From: Candidatus Spongiisociaceae bacterium | Lineage (GTDB): Bacteria; Actinomycetota; Acidimicrobiia; Spongiisociales; Spongiisociaceae | DNA length: 64,000 nucleotides | NCBI GenBank assembly: GCA_965219685.1 | Contig: CBDCOH010000002.1 | Location: 2,048,001 to 2,112,000, forward strand | Direction: 5' to 3' | Shown: piece by piece, positions 1 to 9,411 of the stretch | Layout: each line of letters opens with the position of its first letter | Position numbering within the stretch: the stretch's first letter is position 1 | Program-made: the position numbers and the translations under genes | The notes under the pieces: generated by a model | Seen by the model: the letters and a program-made list of their open reading frames with translations, nothing else | The model's database searches: none | What the model was told of the DNA's origin: nothing

Positions 1-789
1 GACCCAGCGGACAGGCCGCCCGGTACGGCGGGCCGCCCAGCAGACCAGGACGTCCTCCGGGTACAGCTCTCCCCGCACCCCGAAACCGCCCCCCACGTGG
101 ACTTCCCGCAGGACCACCGCCGAGGTGGGGAGACCGAGCATGCGGGCTATGGCGCCCCGGTTGTAGTGAGGAACCTTGGCGGCGCCGAACATCTCCAGGG
201 TGGAGCTCGTGGCGTCGTAGCGAGCCAACGCACCGCGCGTCTCCATGGGCACGGCCGAGTGCCGGCCCACGCTCAGCTCCATCTCGACGACCACCGGACC
301 TCCGGCGAATGCGGCGGCCAGATCGCCGTAGGCCTTCTCCACCACCCCCACCTCGGTGGCCCGCGACGCGTCCAGGTACGGATCGACGACCGGTCGCAAC
401 TCCTCGATGTCGACGAACACCTGCTCGGCCGCGTCCTCGGCCAGGTAGGGATCCTCGGCCAGCACGACCGCGACCGGCTCGCCGACGTAGCGGACGTGGC
501 CGTCGGCGAGTACCGGCTGGCGGTAGCTCTCCACACCGGTGATCATCGGCATCCGGAAGTCGATCGGGGGGATATCCCCGGTATCGGCGGCCGTCCAGAC
601 GGCCTCGACGCCAGGGAGTGACAGCGCCCCGGCCGTGTCTATACCGACGATCCTGCCGTGAGCAACCGGGGAACGCACCACCCGCAGGTGGAGTTGACGG
701 GGTAACGAGAGGTCGGCGGCGAACCGGGCCGAACCGGTGAGGAGGGGGCGGTCCTCGATCCTCCTGACCGAACTCCCGACGTAGGTCAT
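1..789 (-). CDS. Xanthine dehydrogenase/CoxL-family molybdopterin large subunit (5' part; runs off window)
   Basis: Manual translation from ATG 789: MTYVGSSVRRIEDRPLLTG...VRYVGEPVAVV...GGGFGVRGELYPED; ATG overlaps the upstream stop. Confidence 0.9.
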   Translation of the reverse strand, partial: MTYVGSSVRRIEDRPLLTGSARFAADLSLPRQLHLRVVRSPVAHGRIVGIDTAGALSLPGVEAVWTAADTGDIPPIDFRMPMITGVESYRQPVLADGHVRYVGEPVAVVLAEDPYLAEDAAEQVFVDIEELRPVVDPYLDASRATEVGVVEKAYGDLAAAFAGGPVVVEMELSVGRHSAVPMETRGALARYDATSSTLEMFGAAKVPHYNRGAIARMLGLPTSAVVLREVHVGGGFGVRGELYPEDVLVCWAARRTGRPVRWV

Positions 790-1268
790 TTCCTCATTGT
801 CGTGGCGGCCTGGCGGACCGCCTTCAGGATGTTCTGGTAGCCGGTGCACCGGCAGAGGTTGGACGAGAGCACCGCGCGCAGCTCGTCGTCGCCGGGATCG
901 GGGTTCTGCTCCAGGTAGCCGACCGCCAGCATCAGGAATCCGGGGGTGCAGAAGCCGCATTGCAGTCCGTGGTTCTCCCAGAACGCCTGCTGGATGGGAT
1001 GCAGGATGTCGCCGTCGGCCAGACCCTCGACGGTACGGAGTTCCATGCCCTCGCACTGCACCGCGAACATCAGGCAGGCTCGCACCGGATCCCCGTCGGC
1101 CAGGATCGTGCAAGCGCCGCACACGCCGTGCTCGCAGCCCAGATGGGTTCCCGTGAGGCCGCAGTTGTCCCGGAGGGTGTCGGCCAGGGTACGTCGCGGC
1201 TCCACCCTTACCTCGTAGGTGCGGCCGTTCACGTCGAGCTTCACGTCGACCAACGTCCGTTCGGTCAT
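786..1268 (-). CDS. 2Fe-2S small subunit (CoxS-like)
   Basis: GCEHGVCGAC, QCGFCTPG and NLCRCTGY motifs; start MTERTL at 1268. Confidence 0.95.
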   Translation of the reverse strand: MTERTLVDVKLDVNGRTYEVRVEPRRTLADTLRDNCGLTGTHLGCEHGVCGACTILADGDPVRACLMFAVQCEGMELRTVEGLADGDILHPIQQAFWENHGLQCGFCTPGFLMLAVGYLEQNPDPGDDELRAVLSSNLCRCTGYQNILKAVRQAATTMRK

Positions 1269-3583
1269 GCGGGGATCCTCTCGTTCTTCCGGATCAGGCT
1301 GCGCAACCGGGAGGGAGTCGCCGGCGTCTCGTTGACCTCCACGCCGAGTGGCCGCAGCGCGTCGGAGATCGCGTTGATGATCGCAGCCGGGGCGCCGATG
1401 GTGCCACCCTCCCCCAGACCCTTGGCGCCGGTGATGGAGGCGTCGGACACGGTGACCAGATGGTGTGTCTCTATCTCGGGAATCTCGGCCATGGTGGGCG
1501 GGAGGTAGTCCATCAACGAGGTGGTGAGGATGTTGCCATCCTCGTCGTAGACGATCTCCTCGTACAGCGCACCCGCTATTCCCTGGGTGACTCCCCCGTG
1601 CAGTTGCCCGTCCACGATCATGGGGTTGATCAGGACACCGGCGTCCTCGACCACCACGAACCTCTCGACCGTCACCCCCCCGGTCTCGGGATCCACCTCG
1701 ACGACCGCCGCGTGGCAGGCGTTGGAGAAAGTCCCGGCCGGGTCGTAGGTGGCCACCGCGGAGAGCCCAGGTGTCACGCCGGGACCGAGACGGTGGCTGG
1801 AGTGGTACGACGACCGGGCCAGAGCCGCCACACCGATACCGGAGTCCGTACCCGAAACGCGTGCCACCCCTTCGCTGATCACTATGTCCTCGGGAGCGGC
1901 CTCCAGCTGATCCGCCGCGATCGCGGCGATCTTCGACCGGAGGATCCCGGACGCCAGCTTGGCGGCGCCCCCGGCTATGACCAGGGAACGGCTGGCGAAG
2001 GTGCCCCAACCGTATGGCGTGCGGTCGGTGTCCCCGTGGACGATGCGGACGGTCCCTGGTTCCACACCCAACTCGTCGGCGATCAGCTGGGCCAGGCTGG
2101 TGCCCAGTCCCTGACCGTGCGGGTTGGCGCCCAGCCGCGCCTCGACGTTGCCGGACGGATCCATCACCAGGTCGACGGTCTCGTAGCCGGGAGTGATGTC
2201 CATGCTGCGGGCGGCGAACGCCTCGGTGCCGTAGCCGGTCCGCTCCGAGAATACCGAGAATCCCACCCCCAGGTAGCGCCCCTCCCCAAGGGCCGCCGCC
2301 TGGCGTTGCCGGAACGCCGCCAGGTCGACGGTGTCCCGTGCGGTTTCGAGGGACTCGAGGTAGGACCCCTCGTCGTACACCAGCCCGGTGGCGGACGTGT
2401 ACGGGAACCATCCGATCAGGTTCCTGCGGCGGATCTCGGCGGGTTCGACCCCGAAGCGGGCGGCGGCGAGGTCCATGAGCCGCTCCATCGCCAGGGTGAT
2501 GACCGGACGGGAGACCCCCCGGTACGGGGCCATCGGGCACGTGTTGGTGGCGACACCCCTGGAGCGCACCCTGTAAACCCGGAAGTCGTACGGACCGGGA
2601 AGCTCCGCCAGGGCCATGAGCGGCTCGACACCGCAGGTCACCGGGAAGCAGGAATAGGCGCCCACGTTGCAGAGCAGTTCGGCGTCCACGGCAAGCAGGC
2701 GGGCATCGCCGTCGAAGGCGCCCCTCACCCGGTATTCGTGGTCTCGGCTGTGGAACCCGGCCATGAGGTTCTCCCTGCGGTCCTCCACCCAGGACACGGT
2801 GTTACGGAGCCGTCTCGCCAGCCACACCGCGACGACGTCCTCGACGGCCAGGCAGAATTTCTGCCCGAAGGCGCCGCCCACGTCGGGTACCACCACGCGG
2901 AGATCCGACTCGGGCATGCCGATGAGGTCGGCGATGATGGTGCGCACGACGTGGGGCGACTGCACCGAGGAGGTCAGGGTGACCCGGGAAGAACGCGGGT
3001 CGAAGGATGCCGTCGAACCCCTCGTCTCCAAGGGCATGGCACTCTCCCGTCGGGATCGCAGGCCGAACTCGACCACTTCGTCCGCGGCGGCGAACACCTC
3101 ATCCACCCCGTCGGTCTGGAACCTTGCATCGACCAGAAGGTTGTCGGGAACGTGGTCGTGAACGGCCGGCGCCCCGAGCCGTATCGCCTCGGAGGCGGTG
3201 GTCACGTGCTGCCAGGGCTCGATCTCCACGAAGACCTGCTCGGCAGCGTCCTCGGCCTCCTCGGGAGATCCGGCCACCACCACCGCCACCGGCTCGCCGA
3301 CGAACCGGACCCTGTCCAGAGCGAGCACCGGCTGGTCGACCGGGCGGTAGTCGTCCCGATGCAGGAGCGGGCGGACGGGGCGGACACCGGCGAGATCGGC
3401 CCCGGTGAAGACCGTGACGTGGTCCGGCGCATCGATCGACACTATCCGCCCGCTGGGCACGGGACTGCGGACGAATCTGAGAAAGGAGGCGTTGCGGGCC
3501 ACGTCGGCGGCGAACCGGCCGTCACCGGTCAGGAGGGGCGGATCCTCCAGGCGTGGCAGCGACCGTCCGATCCACGGGGTCAC
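1265..3583 (-). CDS. Molybdopterin large subunit, XDH/CoxL family
   Basis: WIGRSLPRLEDPPLLTG, DVGGAFGQK, APYRGVSRP, GAKGLGEGG; GTG 3583 overlaps the upstream stop. Confidence 0.92.
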   Translation of the reverse strand: MTPWIGRSLPRLEDPPLLTGDGRFAADVARNASFLRFVRSPVPSGRIVSIDAPDHVTVFTGADLAGVRPVRPLLHRDDYRPVDQPVLALDRVRFVGEPVAVVVAGSPEEAEDAAEQVFVEIEPWQHVTTASEAIRLGAPAVHDHVPDNLLVDARFQTDGVDEVFAAADEVVEFGLRSRRESAMPLETRGSTASFDPRSSRVTLTSSVQSPHVVRTIIADLIGMPESDLRVVVPDVGGAFGQKFCLAVEDVVAVWLARRLRNTVSWVEDRRENLMAGFHSRDHEYRVRGAFDGDARLLAVDAELLCNVGAYSCFPVTCGVEPLMALAELPGPYDFRVYRVRSRGVATNTCPMAPYRGVSRPVITLAMERLMDLAAARFGVEPAEIRRRNLIGWFPYTSATGLVYDEGSYLESLETARDTVDLAAFRQRQAAALGEGRYLGVGFSVFSERTGYGTEAFAARSMDITPGYETVDLVMDPSGNVEARLGANPHGQGLGTSLAQLIADELGVEPGTVRIVHGDTDRTPYGWGTFASRSLVIAGGAAKLASGILRSKIAAIAADQLEAAPEDIVISEGVARVSGTDSGIGVAALARSSYHSSHRLGPGVTPGLSAVATYDPAGTFSNACHAAVVEVDPETGGVTVERFVVVEDAGVLINPMIVDGQLHGGVTQGIAGALYEEIVYDEDGNILTTSLMDYLPPTMAEIPEIETHHLVTVSDASITGAKGLGEGGTIGAPAAIINAISDALRPLGVEVNETPATPSRLRSLIRKNERIPA

Positions 3584-4437
3584 CGCGCGGTCGCCTGCTC
3601 GAGCGCCCGCCTGGTCAGAGCGCGGACCAGATCTCTGCGGTACTCGGCCGATCCGTGGATGTCCTCCATGGGGTCGACCTCCTGTGCAGCCACCTCGGCG
3701 GCGGCGGCGAAGGCTTCGCTCGTGGCTGGTCCGCCGGTGAGATGATCCTCGGCTGCCGAAGCCCGCACCGGCCGGTCGCTCACCGCCCCGAGAGCGATCC
3801 GCGCCTCCGTCACCTGCCCGTTCCGCGTCTCGAGCACTGCCGCGGCCATAGCCAGGGCGAAGTCGCCGGCGCGCCGGCTGAACTGCTGGAATCCGACCTT
3901 GCTGGAAGGGACCGGCTTGGCCAGGCGGGTCTCGAGCAGCAACTCGTCGGGGCCCAGGTCGGTGGTGAACACGGTCTGGAAAAACCGTTCGGCGGGGATG
4001 GTGCGGGTACCGGCCACGCTGGCCGCCACCATCTCGGCGTCCAGCAGCATCGCGATCACGCACCATTCGGCCGCGGGGTCGGCGTGGGCCAGGCTCCCTC
4101 CGAAAGTCCCCCTCACACGGATGGGGAGATGGCCCACATGGTGCGCCGCCAGGCTGAGGAGCCTACCGAGTGGCCCACCCACCGGCGGCTTCTCGAAGGA
4201 CACGTGGCGGACCAGGGATCCGACCCGGAGAGCCCCTCCCTCGTCGGTGATGTGATCGAGTTCGCCGACCCGGTTGATGTCCACCAGCACGGCCGGGCGG
4301 GCCAGGCGGAAGTTCATGGCCGGCACCAGGCTCTGGCCGCCCGCCAAGACCTTGGCGTCGTACCCGTGCCGATCCAGGGCCGCCAGCACCTCTTCGACGG
4401 AACGCGGTTGGTGGTAGTCGAATCGGGCCGGCTTCAT
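3580..4437 (-). CDS. FAD-binding medium subunit (CoxM-like)
   Basis: MKPARFDY, LAGGQSLVP, GTFGGSLAHADPAAE, SRRAGDFA. Confidence 0.95.
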   Translation of the reverse strand: MKPARFDYHQPRSVEEVLAALDRHGYDAKVLAGGQSLVPAMNFRLARPAVLVDINRVGELDHITDEGGALRVGSLVRHVSFEKPPVGGPLGRLLSLAAHHVGHLPIRVRGTFGGSLAHADPAAEWCVIAMLLDAEMVAASVAGTRTIPAERFFQTVFTTDLGPDELLLETRLAKPVPSSKVGFQQFSRRAGDFALAMAAAVLETRNGQVTEARIALGAVSDRPVRASAAEDHLTGGPATSEAFAAAAEVAAQEVDPMEDIHGSAEYRRDLVRALTRRALEQATAR

Positions 4438-4478
4438 GCGGGCCGGAGTGTACTATCCGGGCGCCAACCCGAGGTTCC

Positions 4479-6899
4479 ATCACGTCAGAACAGCGCGTCG
4501 CGACCCGAGGCGGCATCGGGGCTTCCGTACTGCGGCACGAGGATCCGCCGCTGCTGACCGGCCGGGCCCGGTACGTCGCCGACATCCAACTCGACCGCCA
4601 GTTGACCATGTCGATAGTCCGGTCACCGGTCTCCCACGGGACGCTGGCCGGTGTCGACACCTCAGAGGCAAGAGCCCTCCCCGGGGTCGCGGCCGTCTTC
4701 ACCGCCGACGACGTGGCGCAGGACCTGGGCCACGTGCCCCGCATCCCGCCGCGGGTGTCGTTCGACGAGACTGTGCTTCCCTACCTGCAACCCGTGCTGG
4801 CTCGGGACCGGGTCCGGTACACTGGCGAGCCGCTGGCGGTGGTGCTGGCCGAGGACCGCTACGTGGCCGAGGACGCAGCCGAGCTGGTGTTCGCCGACAT
4901 CGATCAGCGCCCGGCGATGGTCGACGCTGGTCGGGAGGCCGAGCAGGGAGAGCAACTGTTCGAGACCGGGAACCTGGTCACGACGCTTCATGCCGAGTTC
5001 GGCGACGTGGAGACCGCCCTGCGCGACGCCGAGCAGGTGATCGAGGTCGAGCTGAGCATCGGCCGGCACAGCGGCGTCCCGATGGAGACCAGGGGCCTGG
5101 CGGTGGAGTTCGATCCGGGCACGGGACGCCTGACCGTCTATGGAGCCACCAAGGTACCGCACTGGAATCTCTCCACCACGGCAGAACTCCTCGGCCTCCC
5201 ACCCAGCCGGATCCGGATGCGCGAGACCGCCATCGGCGGCGGTTTCGGCGTCCGGGGAGAGTTGTACCCCGAGGATGTGCTCGCGGTGTGGGTGGCTGAT
5301 CGACTCCGGCGTTCGGTCTCCTGGGTCGAGGACCGCCGGGAACATCTGGTGGCGGCCAACCACTCGCGCGAGCAGAGGCACCGGGCCAGGATCGCGGGAG
5401 ACCGGGACGGCCGGATCGCGGCCATCACGTCGGACTTCGACATGGACGTGGGCGCCTATGCCCGGACCCACAGCATCCGTGTCGCCGACCTGACGCTGTC
5501 CATGATCCCCGGACCCTACGACCTGGACGCCTACCGGGGCTCGGCCCGGTGCGTGGTCACCAACAAGACGCCCACCGGCACCTACCGGGCACCGGGACGC
5601 TTCGAGTCCAGCTTCGTCCGCGAGCGCCTGATCGATCTGTTCGCCGCCGAGATCGGCATGGACCCGGTGGAGGTGCGCCTGCGCAACCTGATCCGGCCCG
5701 GCCAGATTCCGTATCCTCGGCCGCTGTCCTCCACCGGGGAACCGATGCTGTTCAGCGACGGCGACTTCCCTTCGATCCTGACCCGGCTGGTGGAGTCCTT
5801 CGACTGGAGGAAGGTAGAACGGCGGCGCTCCGACGGGGAGTTGGTCGGGGTGGGTCTGGCGATCTTCCTGGAGAAGTCGGGGCTCGGACCCTGGGAGACA
5901 GGTGCGGTGGAGGTCGATCCGGATGGTCTGGTACGGGTCCGCTCCGGGTGCTCCTCGGTCGGCCAGGGAATCCGGACCGTGCTGGCGCAGATCGTCGCCG
6001 ACCGGCTACAGGTCGATAACGGCGCGGTCCGGGTCGAGTTGCTGGACACCGATCGCACCCCCTACGGGACCGGTAGCTACGCAAGCCGGTCGACGGTCAC
6101 TGCGGGAAGCGCCCTCGTACAGGCTGCAGACGAGATCATCGCCCTAGCCAAGCAGGTGGCATCGGTCGATTTCGAGGTAGCCGAGGAGGATCTGGAGTAC
6201 ATCGATGGTGGGGTACAGGTGCAGGGGTCGCCCGGATTCAGGATGTCGATCTTCGAGGCCGCCGCCCGTCTCCATCCGATCACAGCCCCCCATTACGGGC
6301 GCGAGCGTCCGGGCCTGGTGGCCGAGTCGGTATTCGACGTCGAGCGGGTCGTCTACCCGTGCGGCGCCAACCTGGCGGTGGTCCGGGTGAGTCCGGACAC
6401 CGGTGAGGTCACGGTCGAGTACCTGTTGCTCCTGTACGACATCGGTCGGGCGATCAATCCGATGCTGGTGGCCGGACAGATGGAAGGTGGAGCTATCCAG
6501 GCGATCGGAGGAACCCTCTACGAGCAGTTCGCCTACGATGCCGACGGCAACCCGCAGTCGGCTTCCTTCATGGACTACCTCCTCCCGACCATGTCCGAGA
6601 CCCCCGTGATGGACACCATCATCGGGGAATCGGCCCCCACCGCCACCAACCCCCTAGGTACCAAGGGAGCGGGAGAGGGCGGCGTCCCCGGGGTGGCCGC
6701 AGCAATCGCAACCGCCATTGAACAAGCCCTGGGACAGCCCGGCCTGGTGACCGCGGTGCCCATCCTTCCCGAGACTCTGGTCGCAGGGACCCCTTCCCGG
6801 ATCAAGGGTGATTACGCGGCGGCATTTCGGGAGTGGGTCGATAGTGGTGAGGCGGCGGTACGGGAGACGGTGGTGGGCGACGGCCTCGTACCCGAGTGA
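4479..6899 (+). CDS. Molybdopterin large subunit, XDH/CoxL family (start uncertain)
   Basis: Frame extends upstream of 4602 through GIGASVLRHEDPPLLTG; GGGFGVRGELYPED, TYRAPGRFE, GTKGAGEGG. Confidence 0.88.
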   Translation: MTSEQRVATRGGIGASVLRHEDPPLLTGRARYVADIQLDRQLTMSIVRSPVSHGTLAGVDTSEARALPGVAAVFTADDVAQDLGHVPRIPPRVSFDETVLPYLQPVLARDRVRYTGEPLAVVLAEDRYVAEDAAELVFADIDQRPAMVDAGREAEQGEQLFETGNLVTTLHAEFGDVETALRDAEQVIEVELSIGRHSGVPMETRGLAVEFDPGTGRLTVYGATKVPHWNLSTTAELLGLPPSRIRMRETAIGGGFGVRGELYPEDVLAVWVADRLRRSVSWVEDRREHLVAANHSREQRHRARIAGDRDGRIAAITSDFDMDVGAYARTHSIRVADLTLSMIPGPYDLDAYRGSARCVVTNKTPTGTYRAPGRFESSFVRERLIDLFAAEIGMDPVEVRLRNLIRPGQIPYPRPLSSTGEPMLFSDGDFPSILTRLVESFDWRKVERRRSDGELVGVGLAIFLEKSGLGPWETGAVEVDPDGLVRVRSGCSSVGQGIRTVLAQIVADRLQVDNGAVRVELLDTDRTPYGTGSYASRSTVTAGSALVQAADEIIALAKQVASVDFEVAEEDLEYIDGGVQVQGSPGFRMSIFEAAARLHPITAPHYGRERPGLVAESVFDVERVVYPCGANLAVVRVSPDTGEVTVEYLLLLYDIGRAINPMLVAGQMEGGAIQAIGGTLYEQFAYDADGNPQSASFMDYLLPTMSETPVMDTIIGESAPTATNPLGTKGAGEGGVPGVAAAIATAIEQALGQPGLVTAVPILPETLVAGTPSRIKGDYAAAFREWVDSGEAAVRETVVGDGLVPE

Positions 6900-6981
6900 G
6901 ACGCTGCCGGATGCATTTCGCCAACCCCGGCCGGTAACCCACCTCAGAACCTGCTCGACTCCGGGGGTGGCAATGGTGGAG

Positions 6982-7035
6982 TTTGTCAACTATATCGGGT
7001 TGTATCTGACAAGTTTATCCGGAAAGATCTGTTAA
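6982..7035 (+). repeat. Degenerate 23-bp-period repeats in the ATPase promoter
   Basis: TGTCAA/TGACAA/TGTTAA at 6984, 7007, 7030; units 1 and 2 match at 14/23; TAGGAT -10 shortly before the ATG. Confidence 0.55.
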
Positions 7036-7055
7036 TTAGGGGTTAGGATCAGGGT

Positions 7056-8312
7056 ATGGGCCTCTTCGCGCGCCATGTCAGATCCCAGGTAGAGGATGCG
7101 CTGGATTGGGCCCGGGTAGTCATGATCCATGGGGCGCGCCAGAGCGGCAAGACCACCCTCGCCCGGATGATCGCCGAGGCCCGCGGGGGTACCTACGCGT
7201 CGATGGACGACGAAGCGCTACGAGAGAGCGTCCTGGACGACCCGGTCACCTTCCTCGCTCATCAACGATACCCCCTGGTGATCGACGAAGTTCAGCGGGG
7301 TGGCGACAGGCTCGTGTTCGCCGTGAAACGGCTCGTAGACGAAGAGAGCACGCCGGGGAGGTTCATCCTCACCGGTTCTACCAATTTCCTGACGGTGCCG
7401 AATATCAGCGAGTCCCTCGCCGGACGGGTCCAGATCTTTCGCCTGTGGCCGTTGTCGGAAGCGGAACTCGTCGGGACTCATCCGACAGAGATCGACCACT
7501 GGTTCGAAGGCGGCCTCCATCCGATCCCGGTGTCCGAACTCGACCGCGCCGACTACCTGGCGCGGGTGTGTCGGGGAGGCTATCCGGAAGCCGTCAGCCT
7601 CGACCCCGGCCGGCGGAGCCGCTGGTTCCAGGGATATGTCGAGACAGTCGTGCAGCGCGACATCGTCGCTCTCGCCGACATCCGCAAGGCCTCCGCCCTG
7701 CCACCGCTACTCAGATGGACCGCCGCACTGACCGGCACGCAGGTCAACCTTTCCGACGCTTCCAGACGATCGGGAATAAGCCGGCCGACAGTCGCCGGGT
7801 ACTTCGAGTGGCTCCAGACCGTCTTCCTCGTTCACGAGCTCCCGCCGTGGTCACGCGGCCTGGCGCCGGGGGCCGGACGGCGACCCAAGTTCTATCTCAC
7901 CGACTCGGGCCTGGCCGCGGCCCTGCTAGGTGCGGACGCCGACTCCTTGGTCTCGCCCACAGCCGCCGCGACGGGACCGCTTCTGGAGACCTTCACCGTG
8001 AGCGAGATCGCCCGGCAACTCTCCGCGTCGCCGCGGGCTGCCAGGCTCTCCCACTACCGCGACCACAAGGGCCGCGAGATCGATCTCATCCTCAGCGCAA
8101 GCAACGCCGACGTGGTAGCTGTGAAGATCAAGGCCACTACCTCGCCCCGGTCCAAGCACATGGACCACCTTCGGTGGCTGCGCAACAGACTCGACGCTGT
8201 TTCCCCGGGCGCCTTCCGCGCCGGCATCCTCTTGCACACCGGCCCCTACGCCCTCTCCATGGGCGACCGGCTCCACATACGCCCGATCGGCTGCTTGTGG
8301 TCCCCGTCCTGA
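7056..8312 (+). CDS. AAA_14 ATPase with DUF4143 C-terminal domain
   Basis: GARQSGKT Walker A, VIDEVQR, FILTGS, ESLAGR, GGYPE, KFYLTDSG, REIDLIL..AVKIK. Confidence 0.9.
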   Translation: MGLFARHVRSQVEDALDWARVVMIHGARQSGKTTLARMIAEARGGTYASMDDEALRESVLDDPVTFLAHQRYPLVIDEVQRGGDRLVFAVKRLVDEESTPGRFILTGSTNFLTVPNISESLAGRVQIFRLWPLSEAELVGTHPTEIDHWFEGGLHPIPVSELDRADYLARVCRGGYPEAVSLDPGRRSRWFQGYVETVVQRDIVALADIRKASALPPLLRWTAALTGTQVNLSDASRRSGISRPTVAGYFEWLQTVFLVHELPPWSRGLAPGAGRRPKFYLTDSGLAAALLGADADSLVSPTAAATGPLLETFTVSEIARQLSASPRAARLSHYRDHKGREIDLILSASNADVVAVKIKATTSPRSKHMDHLRWLRNRLDAVSPGAFRAGILLHTGPYALSMGDRLHIRPIGCLWSPS

Positions 8313-8418
8313 GGCGCCGCGGACTACCGCTGGGGAACCCACCTCATCCATCAACCAGCCTCGCAGAGAGAGACCATGATCGGCTGGGTGGCGTAGAGAA
8401 GGGGATTGCCGGTTGTCC

Positions 8419-9393
8419 TCAACCAGGGAGGATTTCCTCCGCCGTCCCGCGCAGAATCCTCCGGGTTGAATCCACTCCCAGACCTGCCTGCCGGCAGGCT
8501 TGCTCGATGTAACCGACCGGGCGGTCCAGGCTCATCGGGAACGGCGCGTCGGTTCCGGCCGCGATCCGGTCGGGACCGATCGACTCCATCATGAAGATCA
8601 GGGCCCGGGGGTCATGGAGCAGGGTGTCGTAGTAGAAACACCGCAGGATCGAGTCCGGATGATCGACGGCCCGGTCGAATCCGGGTGCGTGCCGCGACGC
8701 GTGTACGGCCCGGCCTGCCAGGTAGGGCAAGGTCCCGCCTCCGTGGGCCAGAAGGATCCTCAGTCCGGGCCAGTTCGCGAAGACCCCGCTGAAGTAGAGA
8801 CGTAAGGCAGCCAGGGTGGTCTCGAAGGGGTTGCCGCAGACATTCCCGAGGAAGTGCGCCTTCATACGACTACCGCCCATCACCCGATGGGGATGGATGA
8901 AGATGAGCACGCTCAGCGACTCGGCCGCCTCCCACAGCGGTTCCAGGCCACCCGCGTCGAGGTCCGTACCTCCGATTTGGGTCGGTACGGCGGCCCCGAC
9001 GAATCCGAGTTGCTCTACGCAACGACGCAGTTCGGAGGCTGCCAGGTCGCCGTCGGTCACCGGGAGAGCAGCCAGGGCTCTGAATCCTGGAAGGCCATCC
9101 AGATCCCGGGCCGTGGCGTCGTTCATGGCCCGACACCAACTCGCCGCGTCTTGGCCGGGGAGGTCGTCGCCGGCCACGTCCATCCAGGGCGACACGACCT
9201 GGAGGTCGATGTTGCGTTCTGCATTCCACCGCGTCCGGGCAGCCAGGTCCGTGAGGGCCGGCGGAACCGGGCGGGACGGACCGGATGGGAAGTCCAGGAT
9301 CCGACTCTCCAGGCTGAACCCCACCGGGAGCAGACCCTCCGACGCCGCAACCGGTAGCGACGGCGGCAGGTAGTGGGCGTGGACATCGATCAA
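8419..9393 (-). CDS. Amidohydrolase_2 (ACMSD-like decarboxylase/hydrolase)
   Basis: IDVHAH, FIHP, AHGGG, GTDAPF. Confidence 0.85.
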   Translation of the reverse strand: MIDVHAHYLPPSLPVAASEGLLPVGFSLESRILDFPSGPSRPVPPALTDLAARTRWNAERNIDLQVVSPWMDVAGDDLPGQDAASWCRAMNDATARDLDGLPGFRALAALPVTDGDLAASELRRCVEQLGFVGAAVPTQIGGTDLDAGGLEPLWEAAESLSVLIFIHPHRVMGGSRMKAHFLGNVCGNPFETTLAALRLYFSGVFANWPGLRILLAHGGGTLPYLAGRAVHASRHAPGFDRAVDHPDSILRCFYYDTLLHDPRALIFMMESIGPDRIAAGTDAPFPMSLDRPVGYIEQACRQAGLGVDSTRRILRGTAEEILPG

Positions 9394-9411
9394 CGGAGCG
9401 TCCCCGGTCCG

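Noticed and set aside
1-6899. Aerobic CO dehydrogenase (coxMSL)
   Set aside because: The two complete large subunits lack the AYRCSFR/AYRGAGR loops; the third is cut off before that loop
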